Of a stretch of 58,253 nt of DNA, positions 40,959-54,119 are shown in pieces. The stretch is from Girardia tigrina (taxonomy: Eukaryota), in contig MQRK01215961.1 of the NCBI GenBank assembly GCA_001938485.1, positions 1 through 58,253 on the forward strand, given 5' to 3'. Made by a program: the position numbers and the translations under genes. Position 1 is the first letter of the stretch, and each line of letters begins with the position of its first letter. The notes below the pieces were generated by a model. It made no database searches and was not told the DNA's origin. It saw only the letters and a program-made list of their open reading frames with translations.

Positions 40959-42310
40959 CAGGGTTTGTCACGTCATTATGTAATCGCGACACTTCATTTC
41001 GTAATTACTACATTTCATTTTGAAAAGTATAAAATTTTACTTTTTATTAGTTTTTAGAGATAAAAAATGAAATAAAAAATGAAGTTAGGCTAAAATACAT
41101 TTATTCAATTACGATCGTAAATCGGTTGCATATTTGAACAAAATGGAATAAACTTGAAAATGTTCATATAAAATCCATTACAATCTTCACTAGAAATTGA
41201 TAAATGAGCATTGTTAATAATTAACAAAAGCTTTTGTTCAATAGTTGATCATACACTCCTTATTATTCCTTTCTATTTCGAAAACATATTTTCAATGGGA
41301 TTTAGAAATGGTGAGTACGGTGGAAGAAACGGGAGCTCATGATTTGACTGTTTAAATATTTCTTTTGCACCGGAATTCTAATGGAATGGGACATTATCCA
41401 TAATTACAAGGGCCTTTTGTATATTTATTTTTGAAAACTCCACAAATAAATCATCGATAAATTCGCTAAAAGAGCATATCTCAAAACTTCGTGTTTGAAC
41501 TTTGTACTTAAGAATTCCATTACGACTCATGGCACAGCAGACAAATATATTCCTTGATTTTAATCCAGGAACTGTTTGAGTAGCAGGATGTGCTCTCAAG
41601 GATCGTACTCCACTAGTTCTCATTGTCATATTAAACCCGACTTCATCAAGGAAAAAAACTTTAGTATCATCGATATCAGCAAGCATGGAAAAATATTTCT
41701 CAAAATATTCTTTTCTTTGAACTAATGTTTGTTGAGTATTTCTTCTTTCAGGTATTAATTCCACTCTTTTTAATGTGTAGTTAAAATGCTTAATGCATCT
41801 TTCAATAGTTTTTTTCGCATACATTACAATTATATTCTGTCTGTAAACGATTTTTTTAATTCTCGTAAGGTAACTCCGCAATCGTCATCAATTCATCTTT
41901 GAATTGCAGCAATATGTTCTTCTTGGAGTTTCTTTTTTCGAAAATCACCTTTTAATTTCTGATTTATTCTCCCTTCGTTTAAATATAATTTAATGATAGA
42001 ACATACTGTCGTATATTTGATATTTAATATTGATGATATCTGAGTCTTTGAATGGTTGTTTAAGAACGTCTCGATTATCTTTTTTTTCGTATTTCATCTT
42101 TTACAGTCATTATGATTACCTGAAAATATTACATTTTTTATAATTTGGAAACAATTTTATTGTATTATCTAGTATTACTTTCGTTCTAAAAAAAGTGTCA
42201 AATTTATAATAATTTTTACTAACAAAATTTATACTTTTATACTTTTCAAAATGAAATGTAATAATTACGAAATGACGTGACGCAATTACGAAATGACGTG
42301 ACAAACCCTG
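40959..42310 (-). mobile_element. Tc1/IS630-like DD34E transposon, disrupted
   Basis: ~80-bp TIRs CAGGGTTTGTCACGTCATT.. with internal direct repeats and TA TSD; FLDEVGF, IMDNVPFH*, LPPYSPFLNPIE (34-residue spacing counted). Confidence 0.93.
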
Positions 42311-42344
42311 TAAGAAATGAACGATTATGTAATCACTGACGTCA

Positions 42345-43035
42345 GTCTAATCGAAAACTCTTAACAGATTAGTTGAGAGTGCTGTTTGAACATTGATTTT
42401 TGGATCACAAGACCTTATCAAAAATGCTTCACATGAAACTCTCTTCCAATAATGTTTAAAATGCTTTCACAAAATCTTAAAATCATTTATACTCATATTA
42501 CAGTTACACGTTTTTTATACTAAGCAACATTACTCTTTCCCCCTCTTTGACTGTGTTCTTGGACTCGTTTGCAGAGATGACGGGCAGTCTCTCCGATGTA
42601 TGTGGCATTGCACCCATTACATGTGTATTGATAAACAATGTCCGAACACAAACCTAAAGGAGTATGTGATTTATTGTAAAACATATTTGATTTCAAGATC
42701 AAATTCTTAATTTGTTCATTATTAATTTTTTCTTTTTCGATTATTTTATCTACTGTCTCACGAGTGGGTCTGTCTATGATGGACTTAGAGTAACCGTTAT
42801 TATTCAATAATTTACTCAATGTATCAATACTTTTAATAGATTTTGAAAAGGTAGAAGAAAGAGACCAAGAGCGATATAACAAACCTTTGATATTTAAACT
42901 CACAAAAACTGTCAATGGAGGTGTTCAAATTAGTATCAGTTTTCTTTCCATATATTTGAGTTTCATAATGATCATTTTTCTTTTCAATTAACAAGTCAAG
43001 GAATGGTAATTTTTCGTTTATTTCCTGCCCCACTG
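42345..43035 (-). mobile_element. Penelope-like element remnant (RT thumb plus GIY-YIG)
   Basis: KLPFLDLLI..YGKKTDT; IVYQYTCNGCNATYIGETARHLCKRVQEH; EAFLIRSCDPKINVQ..VFD*. Confidence 0.9.
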
Positions 43036-43299
43036 TAAAGATTAGATTCGGAAAATATATTTTTAAATGACGTTTATTTGTTTTTAATAATTTTTTTTAC
43101 TTGAGATTCAATTTATCTGTTTTTATTTATTTTTATAGTAAAAGCCATCCTATTTCTAAAAAAAATATTTGAAGAAAACTGGCACTCATTTTTTGATTGA
43201 ATGTGCTTGTAAATCACTTTTCCTTATTTTTTTTAAGTTTACCCAACTAAGTTGAGTCATAAATTTCCGAATATGAATTAGAAGCATGTGCAGAAGATA

Positions 43300-43620
43300 A
43301 ACAGTGAACAGGGGACATTTGTGGGCCTTGTTTCGTGATTAAAATCTACTAAACCATTTATAAGGATTACAACTTAATAAAATAAAAACCATGTACGAAT
43401 ATTTTTTTATTGTCAACATGCAGCTTAACAGAGGTTATTGAAGAGCCATGACTTTCTATGATTACCAAAGTGGCCTTCATGTAGCTTTCAAGGAGGATGC
43501 TCCTTCACGTGATGCTCATGCAAAGGATATGAGTCACCAGAAGATGCTTTCAAAGTATTCCCTAAGCTGGTATAAGGGTTTTGATTGAAGCAGTTTTGGA
43601 GAATACAACTTTGTATAGAC
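43300..43620 (+). mobile_element. Internally deleted mariner remnant
   Basis: MQLNRGY*RAMTFYDYQSGL..AFKEDAPS resembles a mariner N-terminus fused to a C-terminal fragment. Confidence 0.5.
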
Positions 43621-43733
43621 ATTAATGATGAATATTTTCAACAGAAATATTAAATTAAATTTTACTTTTTGCGAATCGAGAAACTCATAAATTTACGAAT
43701 AGACGAAAAAAATATAGTTTACATACAAATATA

Positions 43734-45147
43734 CAGGGTTATTAATAATTATATCCACTTTATTAATATTTATATCCAATTCAATAGTTAATTAATACTT
43801 TATGTATTTGAATTAAGGAAATCATTAAAAAATTCATCCCAATATGGAAAATAATAACAACATCAACAATGTCACAGTATCTGATCAAAGGTTAAGAGCT
43901 AGGAAGAAAAGAATCCCATTAACTTTAGAAAAGCTAAAACTAATTGAAACCATGGAGGAGAAAGGCGACTCGGTATCAATCATATCTGAGCGATTAAACT
44001 TTTCTAAATCAACTGTATATAAAAAGTTAGAAAAAAAATTATTTATGCAAGGAGCAAGGTAAAAACGTATCTGGGCTGATAAAGAAACCTGGCCCAAAGG
44101 TAATGGAAGCCAATGAAAAGAGTATGATTTTGTCCGATATAGTTCAGGAAGATAATGAATTGACACAGCAAGGAATGGTTTCCAAACTAAAAGAAAGTGG
44201 TATTTTTGTATCTCAGGCGACTGGATCAAACTGCCTCAAAAAATTAGATATAACCAGAAAACGTTTAAAGTTACGTTCAAGTGTTGTCTTAAATGATAAA
44301 CTGATACACAAAAGAAAGATTTATGCAAGAGAGTTTCTAAGAGATATGATTAACAAGCGCTTGTTTTTCTTGGATGAAACAGGCTTTAATCTCCATATCT
44401 CTAAGTCATATGGATATTCTCCTAAAAACGTTGATGCGATAAGACATGTTCCTTCAAACCGTGGAAGAAATCTTTCTTTGTTAGGAATAATTTCAGATGT
44501 CAAAGTAATGAATTACAAGTTGTTGAGTGGTCCATACAATACCGAAAATTTTTTAGCTTTTCTTAATCATTGTTTTTTACAAAATATTTTTGAGCCAAAT
44601 TCGATTTTAATCATGGAAAATGTGAAGTTTCACCATTCTGATAGTGTAAAGAGGTTTTTACAAGAAAGGAACATTAATTTTAAATATCTTCCTGCATATA
44701 GCCCTTCTCTAAATCCTTTTGAAGAAGTCTTTAGTGCTCTCAAAGCAAGATACACCTCTTACAGACCAAGGCCAATATCTATAAATGAGATGTGTGAATT
44801 ATTGAACACTCTAATTTCCTTCATGAACGACAATGGTTCGTTTAATTTCCAGAATTTATATTTTCATATGCACGAATTTGTCAGAAAAGCATACAATGGA
44901 GAGCAATTTTAAATAAAATCTTACATGACTTTTTTTGTTTCTAGTTTAATATACTTGTAAAATTTTGTATGGTATATCGTACATAAGAGACTTTTACTAA
45001 AAACTAGTGAAAAATATTAGAAGTATGGCTTAAAAGCATATATTTTTGAAACAAAAATGAATTAATACTATATATCTAAAAATATTATAATTTTTAATAA
45101 AGTGGATATAATTATTAATAAAGTGGATATAATTATTAATAACCCTG
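43734..45147 (+). mobile_element. Tc1/IS630-like DD34E-type transposon, near full length
   Basis: TIRs CAGGGTTATTAATAATTATATCCACTTTATTAA with TA TSD; ORFs 43844-44062 and 44103-44912 joined by a +1 shift near an A8 run; FLDETGF, IMENVKFH (second D is E), YSPSLNPFE. Confidence 0.95.
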
Positions 45148-45354
45148 TAAATGTTGTTTTTCGATTTCTCCATGTTCTTCATCCTCCCATCGTATAACTA
45201 GAAATTTTAAAAATTGAATATAAAAAATTAAATTCCTACACAAAATGTTTTTTGTTATTAAAAATTACTTAAATTCTAAACAACACTTAAAAATAGAAAC
45301 GAAAATACCGAAGTACGATTTTGATACTTAAAAAATATTACGTATAATAAATCA

Positions 45355-47512
45355 TACAATAGTTATTCATTTTTATATCCCCATTGATTAAATAATATAA
45401 TCTAGGATTTATTAACGATTAAAGAGAAAGGCTTACCATAAAATATATTTTTTTAAAACCTTTTATATCTATATTTAAAAAGTAGCTACAAAAAACGACA
45501 TGACATGATTTATTTATATAAAATGTTCTTTTCGTTTGGCTTTCTCTGATAATTCACGCATATGTCTATAGAACCCTTTGTATTGCTCCTCAAAAGGACT
45601 TTCTTCAGCCAATATCACATCTAAACATTCCTCAATTGATAATTCTGGACTTTGCATTCTGGCAGATTTAAAACGAGCTTTTATCATTGAAAGAAAATCA
45701 TCAAAAGGATTAAGTTATGGAGAATAAGGAACAAGGAATTTATGGGCAATGTTTTTTGATATTAGGAATCTTATAACCTGTGCTGATTTGTGAATCCTAT
45801 CGTTGTCCAGCAAAAGTATCTTGTTAGAATTTTGCTCAAAAATGGTACAAGAACGTTAAAAATAAATTCAATAAAGTAATCTGAATTGAAAGATCCAGAT
45901 CTGTAATTATATCCGATCGTTCCATGTTCGCCCTTTGCACATATTAAGTTTGTTAATATTTTTATTTCCAGGAACGGTAATATAGGTGTTGGGTTCTTGA
46001 TCAATATTAGAATTCATTAACACCAAAAATTTATTAATAACACAATTAACAATTATTCAAACAATTTTTAGTTAACAATTTTTGTTGTAATATAAATTGT
46101 TGTTTTTAATAAAATTTTTTTGTAGAGAAACTTTTCTATCGTTTTCTTTATGACCAGATTCTTATATAAAAATATGAAATTATAAATATAAATAACTGAT
46201 AAATGATTTTAAAATTGAAAATTTTTAATTCTATTTAATAAAAATTTTGTTGTCATATTTTTACTAAATTAACCTTAATGATTTTTTATTATTTTAGAAT
46301 TAGTTTAATGTTATTTCTTTTTTTGTGAAACATTTCTAATTAATAAAGATTTTAACGTTTTATTTTTTTCAATATTTAAAAATTTTATTATTAATATTTA
46401 AAAGCATTTTTATCTACAATTATTTTAAATACCATACAATTTAAATACCAAAAAATAATTTATAGTATTTTACAGTAATTTACAAATTTTATTATTATTA
46501 CGATACGTTAATGATAAAAGTCTTTATTAAATTTTTTTTATATAAAACTATTTAGAATAATTTTTAAAATTATTACAACCTATTTTATCCTTGTATTTAT
46601 ATATATATTTTTTTAGTCATTTATTTAAAAATCCATTATTTCCCAATTAATTTCATTTTAAGAGTTTTTTACTCTTCAAATAAAATTCGATTATTCTCGA
46701 AAATAACTTTTTAAAATTAATTACGATATATTTTTAAATTATAAATGTTTAGACAACTTTTGATTTTAAATATTTACTTATTTCAAATATTATTTATAAA
46801 AATTATTTATTCAAAAATTTAAAGAATGAGCTTTTCACATGAGTCCTTCACAATAGGATTTCGTATTTTCGAGGGAATACCCGTAACTTCTTCTGGTATG
46901 TTGATAGAAACCAGTTTCATCAAGGAATATCAGATTTTTATTTGGAACGCATGATATTTTGTTTGCCAGCACAGCTCTCTCGTTCAAAGTGAATTTAATT
47001 TTCTTAATTTTTCTTGAAATAGGCGGCTGTGAAATGCTCATGTTGTTTTCTTGTTCGATTTCATTGCGGATTTCTTTTTAAATTACCGGATTACACGAGA
47101 TGGTGTTTAATATAACCTTCTCCTTTCTCTGACAGCATGTTTTAGATCGTTTTTTTTGCTATCTTTGATAAAGCACTCACCTTTTTCATGCTTCTTGATT
47201 ATTGTGCTCAAGGTTTTCGTGATCAATGCTGAGAGACTTTGTATTTTTTTTCATTTTGTATTTGCCATATGCTACCATAGAAATGACTAAATTGTTGTTT
47301 TCTTGACATTGTTATTCAGGACAATTTTATTGATAAATTACAAATAATTTTTAGAAATAATGAGTCGTATTGAAATAAATGATATTGAAATTCAATGTAT
47401 TGATTTATTATTTTTTTTTATTTTGCTTTATTTACTAGAGACAAATGATATAGTTCAATTACCAGGATTTTTAATCAATGGATATATAAAAATGAATAAT
47501 ATAATAAATGTA
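45355..47512 (-). mobile_element. Decayed Tc1/IS630-like element split by ~0.9 kb of AT-rich DNA
   Basis: FLDETGF..GYS at 46835-47041; GSFNS..FIEF, LLDN, VPYSP*LNP at 45700-45940; inverted repeats TTATTCATTTTTATAT..CCATTGATTAAA at both ends. Confidence 0.75.
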
Positions 47513-47678
47513 TAATAAAATTAGCGTGACTCAACCATAAAAAATACCTCCTATATTATTATTTTTTAAATACATACTTCATTGATAATTAAATATCCTT
47601 TCATATAAAATAATATAATAATATTTCTTCTAATAAATTGAAGTGCATCGACTGTTGAGATCTATTAATTATTAACTA

Positions 47679-48886
47679 TTAACTTGGAACGAAAGTTTTA
47701 TCAGTAAATTAAAATTTTATTAATAGCAAAATTTTTAGAATAACAAGGGGTTGTTGTCATTAATGTAATCGTCATTACTTTCGATTATTCTTCCCAAGAA
47801 AACTACAACAAGAAAATTCCACGGCTGTAAAAATTTGGTGTCTTCAAATCGAAAAACTTTTAAACGACCTGTTCCACGTATTCATCTTCAATGAAGCGGA
47901 GTCCGCGAAGGAAATATTACAGTGATAGGAAAAGATGATAATCAGATGGGGCAACGCCTGGGCTATATGGTGAGTACTTACAAACATCCATACCAAAATC
48001 TTCAAGTTTTTGGTGCGTCCGGCGTAAAACATGTGGCCTGCCGTTGTCTTGTTGAAATCAAACACAAACCATGTTGATATCGCAAACACTCAGTGACTTG
48101 AAGATGATCTAATTGAGTGCAGTAAACTTCAGAGGTGATGGTTTGACCAAGCGAAAGGAGTTCCCAATGAATGGGTATCGATGCCATCCACCAAACGCAC
48201 AACATCGCCTTCTTTTGATGCGGATCACTTCGAGACTTTACCTGGACTTAGCCACTGCTTTTTGCTTTTCCGGTAAGAGTAGACAACCAACTTTTCCTCG
48301 CACATCAAAATCTGTTACTGAATTTGTGCAATAGCCAAGAATATTCGTTAATTGGCCAACTTATTTGCATTTTGTTGAGTTAGTGCACGACCTTTTAACC
48401 ACGTTTATATTTCTCCTTCATTTTCTGTAGGTCCCGAATATGTATGGGAAGTTTGGAGTTCAAAAGTCAGTTAGCAAGTTGTTTGGGTCGGAGTATCTAC
48501 TTCACTTGAACGGTGTAGCGCTAGTTTATCAAAAGATATTGGGAATCATGAGCGCTTTTTATCTTTATGATGTGAATTGCCAGAAAAGAATTTCGCATTC
48601 CATTGGAAACATGTTCTTTCAGTCGTGAAATCTGGGCCGTTGCTAGCGCTGCTGAATTCGTGGAAATTCAAGTTGCGGATTTTCAAGCCTTTTTGATATT
48701 TTAACTTGTTCCTAAAATCAATAACTTTTTTTAGATAAGACTATGTAATGCGAATAATATATCAAAATGCTCTTAAGAACAATACTATGAATAATCTATA
48801 AAATATAAAATCCATGAGACAAAATTAGATTAAAAACATTATTTACAGTTTTTTAAATAAGTGACAAAACTTTCGTACTAACATAA
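47679..48886 (-). mobile_element. Decayed mariner
   Basis: MLCVWW..ELL..GQTITSEVYCTQLD; degenerate TIRs (..ACGAAAGTTTT..). Confidence 0.75.
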
Positions 48887-48949
48887 TATAGTAATATTCC
48901 CTCGACTGTCGAGATGTGTTAATTATTAAATAATAAATTCCAAATGGCT

Positions 48950-49444
48950 CTATTAAGAACATTAATTGAGTTTCTTTTACATTTATTATTATCACAATTT
49001 GAATTGTCACTACAACAATTCTCCGTAAAACTTGCGTAGCTCGTCATCGTTCTTGATTGATAATCTTTAATAATATTCTTTAACGTCTTATTANNNNNNN
49101 NNNNNNNNNNNNNNNNNNNNNNNNNNNNNNNNNNNNNNNNNNNAACAAATTTGAAATACAATTTAATCATTACAAAAATAATTTATACTTTAAATTATAA
49201 TTTAATTATTACAAAAATTATTTATAATTGAAATTTAAAATAATTTTTATTTATTTTAAGAACTTATTATTAAAATATTATTTATGAAATATTAGTTTAA
49301 TTTTAAAGTGATTATTTAACTTTTAATAATTGATTAAACAACTCGACGTTTTAAAATATTTAAGATATCAATCTTCCATCTGGGTGGGAGAAACACAATC
49401 CTAAAACAACACACAATAAACACCATTCAAAAATATTCCTCACA
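48950..49444 (-). repeat. Unclassified LTR-like repeat, copy 4 (contains 50 N)
   Basis: Begins TGTGAGGAATATTTTTG on minus; core ATCTGGGTGGGAGAAACACAATCC; 48950-49070 aligns with 35120-35240. Confidence 0.6.
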
Positions 49445-50624
49445 GGCTCAATTCAAACAAATTAATCCAAATTTGTCTCTTATTTTTCAATCTTGCCAAT
49501 ATAGAAAAAATTCAATATTTAAGTATTGTTAATATTAATCCTTATTTTATATGAAATCGTTATTTTCTTCTTTTTCTTTCAAAATAATTTTTTCCCTCTA
49601 TTTTATTTTCAGGAAAATTGATATTTCCTCGCCTTCTTGATCTCAATTAATGTGTAAATAGGATTATTTGCAACATACCTTTTCAATCAATTTTCCTTTC
49701 AAGCGGCCTCATAAACAGGTTCATCATTCGATTTCAAACAGATCCGATTGACAGTCTAAATGTTCTAATGATCTGCCGTTGCAGAACTGTAACTAATTCA
49801 ATTGCGGCCAACAGTCGGTTTAATTTTGCGATCAATTTGCCCAATAACCGCGTTAGCCAGAGCCGCTCGCGATGCGGTCGGCCGGCCGGGACGACAGATG
49901 GAGAATAATTGGAATGATATTTTGTATATTGATTTATTATCGATCTCATCAATATGATTACTAATCGATAATCAATCTTTTTCTGGATGACTGAACAGGA
50001 AAATTTGGATTTTTCCCTCTTTTTACATATTTTCCTTTTCTCGTTTCCTTTGTTACATTTTCTTTTCTTTTTGTCGGTATTTTTTTTGTCGAGAATGAAA
50101 ATAATAAATAAAATTTCAGTAATAAAAGAAAGTGGAAATATTTTGTGGGTTTTATTTTTTTTTGTTATTTTATTATTAATATTATTGAGGATTTAAAATT
50201 TTGGAATTAGAATTAATTTAAGATTTTATTAAAATTTGGTTTAATTAGGCTGTTTGATTAATTCGAATATCGAACAGTCATATGCTGTGATTCCTTTGGC
50301 TTTTTTAATTACTTGTACCACCATCAAAATCATCATTGCCACTGACCAATTCATTTTATCTTTTACACCTTTTTTCTTTAGTTTTATAACCTTTTTAAAT
50401 TCTTTAAAAATTTCATTATCTGATTCCTTTTTTTTTTCATCATCTTCCCGAAGGGAATTTTTCCATCTAGCACGAGATTCTATCCATGGGTTTATCTGGT
50501 TTTCGATTAATGAAACTGCTAATCCTATATATTTGGATGAAATATAATTTTTTCGTGAGCTCTTATAACAATAAATACTAGACCAGTAACTATTCCATTT
50601 TTAATTTAATTAAACAAAATATTT

Positions 50625-50830
50625 CCTAATAACGTCTCGTGATCGTAAAATTAATGTTCAAACGGCACTCTCTATCGATTTGTTAAGAGTTTTTGATTAA
50701 ATTTATGCAATTAATTACGTAATCACCAATTTCATATATATAAACAGTAAAAAAGCTAAAAATCAGTAAAGCCGTCAAAATATGTTATCGCTAAAATATT
50801 TTGAAATGACGTATTTTGTTTTTTAGAAAA
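50625..50830 (+). mobile_element. Penelope-like 3'-end fragment
   Basis: KINVQTALSIDLLRVFD* matches the C-terminus of the 42345 element; the downstream AAATATTTTGAAATGACG is shared with ~40885 and ~43055. Confidence 0.7.
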
Positions 50831-51229
50831 ATTGCCATTATTTTTTAATTATTCATGTATAATAATAGACTTAAAATATTTTTTGGCTATACTTAACTCC
50901 CCGCCATTTTAAAATATTTGGAAGTCTTTTTCAATTATTTATATAATAAGTAGGCCCATTAAATTTTACAAGATGTAAAAAAACTTACCACAGGGATACA
51001 ATTTTTAGGATCGTCGTATCGCTTTGAATTTTATACAACTTGCGTCAAGCATTGAAATTTGGTTGTGTTTAAAGTTCCAGCTCTGTAACTGTAGGTAATT
51101 TGGATTTACATATGATGTGAAAATATCAAACAAGAATACAGAATTCGAAGTTGCACAGAAAAAAAAGAATGTTATGTGAAAACAGCGGAAAGTATTTTTT
51201 ATAAGATATTAATATATTACTACAAAAGA

Positions 51230-52260
51230 CTTCACAACTGATCTCTATTTGCAGCCACTCTCCTCAAACCTTTCATATTCTATCCACGCAATTCTTTTAC
51301 GTCACCTTCCCGTTGTCTATTTGGCCTTTCTCCTTTTACTTTTCCTTCAATCATAATCTTTACTAATACTTGCTTTTTTGCGTGATGCCCATAAAATTTA
51401 AGTTGCCTTCTCTTGATATACTCTTTTATTGATTCTGATATTTATGTCACTCTTTTCCATACATATTCATTTTTTTGCTTTTTTTCCCCATGATCTTTAG
51501 CATTTTCATTTCAAACGTTTTAGGTTTTGTCATGTTCTTGTGATTTAGTGTAAAACTCTCGGATCCAAAGGGAAGAGTTGTCTAGTCAATAGTCATATTG
51601 ATCTTCATTATGCTCTTCAGGTTGATTTTCTTAGGTTAAATCTGTGCTAAGCCTAATCATTGCACTTGTTGCAAAATGAATGAATTTCTTTTTTCTTTCC
51701 TCTATTCTCAGTAAAGATAGAGCCAATGTATTTCTAACTCTTATCTTGTTCGAGCTTATCCCCTTCAATGTCGATTTACTGTTTGATTTTGTTGTTGCGG
51801 CTCCCTGAAATTATTATTTTGCTTTTTTCTTTGTTGACTTTTATTTCAAAGTTTTTAAACACTTTGAGCAGTCTTTTCGTAAGGTCCTGAATCTCTACTC
51901 CATTTTTTCAATTAGGTCTGTGTCGTCAGCAAATTGTAGGTTTGTTAGTCTCATTCCTCCCCAGTTTATTCCAACATCCTCCAGGCCGTCTATTGATATC
52001 ATAACAATTCTCTCAAGGAAAAGCTTGAACAGCGTTGGTGTTATAATTCAACCTGGTCTAACTCCTATTGATGTTTTGAACCAGTTGCTAAACTACTTGC
52101 TGGTTAACACTTTTTTATTTGTGTTTTCCTAAATGCTCTTGATAATTCTTATAATATGTTTTCCAATGCTTTGATTATGTAACATATTGTCAAAAGCTTT
52201 TTAAAAGTCTATAAAATTTGACATATTTTTGTAACATTCTTTTGTGATCTCTGTTCTTCT
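51230..52260 (-). mobile_element. RTE-clade LINE 3' remnant
   Basis: FIDF*KAFD, GVRPG*IITPTLFKLFLE, NLQFADDTDL, QLKFYGH, IEGKVKG. Confidence 0.85.
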
Positions 52261-54119
52261 AAAAAATCAACTTCAGATATATTATCTGCTCCTTAGTGCT
52301 GCACAAAAATTATATATATATTTTTCACTATTTATTTTATCAGGGTTTTACTATAGTCGTCGAATCTGTGATCTATTGGAGTACCGGCGTGATGGGCATA
52401 TAACCAGTTATGCTTAAGCGTTTCAGAGTTTTGTGATTCTTTTGGTGAGCGAACACCTTTACTTCAACGAAAAAAAACGGACAGTTAAATGACCCTGTAG
52501 TGATGACAGCATGTACCTGGATTGCTCGAATAAATGGTAAAACGTGGGGCGTGAGAGGCTGCACTTGACGCGCGGACGTACGCCCTGAACCACGCTGTTT
52601 TTTCTGCCAAAATGGGGGGACAGAACCGGCTCCAATAAAAATCAACGTACCGGCTTTGGATGGCGCATCTTGAAGTACATTAGGGCCGCCATCATGCCCT
52701 GGCGCGATGCGGTTGAAATCGTCGCGGTCGACAAATAAAACATCACGAGTCGAGCGGTGACCCTCGCGTTCGAATTCGATAACTCGTTCCAATCTCACTC
52801 GGAACGCGAGTGAATACAATTCAGAATAATTCATTCCAATGTTTTTTAAGAATCGCGTTTACAAAATTCGGGAAGAAAAAAAGTCGTTTCGAATTGCAAG
52901 TCTGTTCTGAGACAAAATGAGAATTTTTATCCGATTATTGTTTTGCGTAAATAAAATCGAAAGTACGCAATTTTTTAATTAATTTATTTAGTTTAAACAA
53001 AAACACAATTTTTTTAAAACCATTCACAATGATCTTGGTATTAATAACAGACAAATAAATAATCCAGTAATATTTACAGAACAAACATTCTTGCTAAATC
53101 ATAGATCATTGTCTACCTCTTATCCCAACGGGCAGTTTCACAAATAATTTATTATCTGTACAAGAAACGAAAAAAAACCAAATTAATTCCGGTGATGTTT
53201 TGCAATCAAATAAATTTGTTGAAGATTTCAAATTTGATCTCTCAAATTCAAATAAGGAAAAATTTTGTAATGTTTTTGATTTATTTTTTTTCTGTTTAAG
53301 GATCATGCGAACTCAAATCGTCCACAATTTAACGAAGATTAGCTTCTTTCATTGATAATTCATATAGTATCGGAACTAAAATCACCAAATTTATTCCGAT
53401 TTCGAATTGGGGGAATTTTTGTTCACTACAAATGGGTTGAGAGCAGTTCATTTATTTGAGCTGCGTCCCATCATAGTCACCTATGAGTATCAATACTCCA
53501 ATCACCTCAACAAATATAACATTAGTAAAAGCATTTTTATTCAAAAATAGCGACTAAAAATCAGAGAAAGTTTAATCCTTGTTAACTTCCTGTGACATTC
53601 TCGACTCCTTGTTTTGTGACTATGATTTATCCCACTTAAATATATGATTCTGTGAAATCAAGATGAAAGAATCTGTTACGACAAGAAAGTCTCTAATTTA
53701 GGAAAGAATTTGTTAAAGGATTCAAAAATCCAAATCGTCTATTCTCTCCGGTAGTTTATAACTCAATCAATCTTAATATATATTCAATCACTAATTGTAT
53801 ATATTCCTCTATATGAATTACATTTTTCTTTCGTTAGTCATGAGCTAACAGAAGTCAATTAACTATACTAAATAGATATATATATGAAGTCGGCTTTTGT
53901 AAAAAAGAGTTAAATTGAGCGAAAAAACGAATATTTGTTAAATTATCTCCTACAGTTTATATTCTTCGAGACCAGAGAATGAAAATAGTAATAAACGACC
54001 AGGACAACTGATCAGACGTTGTACCAGGGAAATTAATGATAACTAGCAGATAACTTTAAATAATACTTATCAATTTACTATATCCAGATAAAGCCAATGT
54101 TTTATTAATTACTTTACTA

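Noticed and set aside
44025-44045. Programmed frameshift at the A8 run in the Tc1/IS630-like transposase
   Set aside because: The required shift is +1, not the -1 typical of IS630, and the second catalytic D is also mutated; a slippage mutation is simpler
53100-53760. Possible retroelement RT remnant (LRPII)
   Set aside because: Only one short motif, not enough to call
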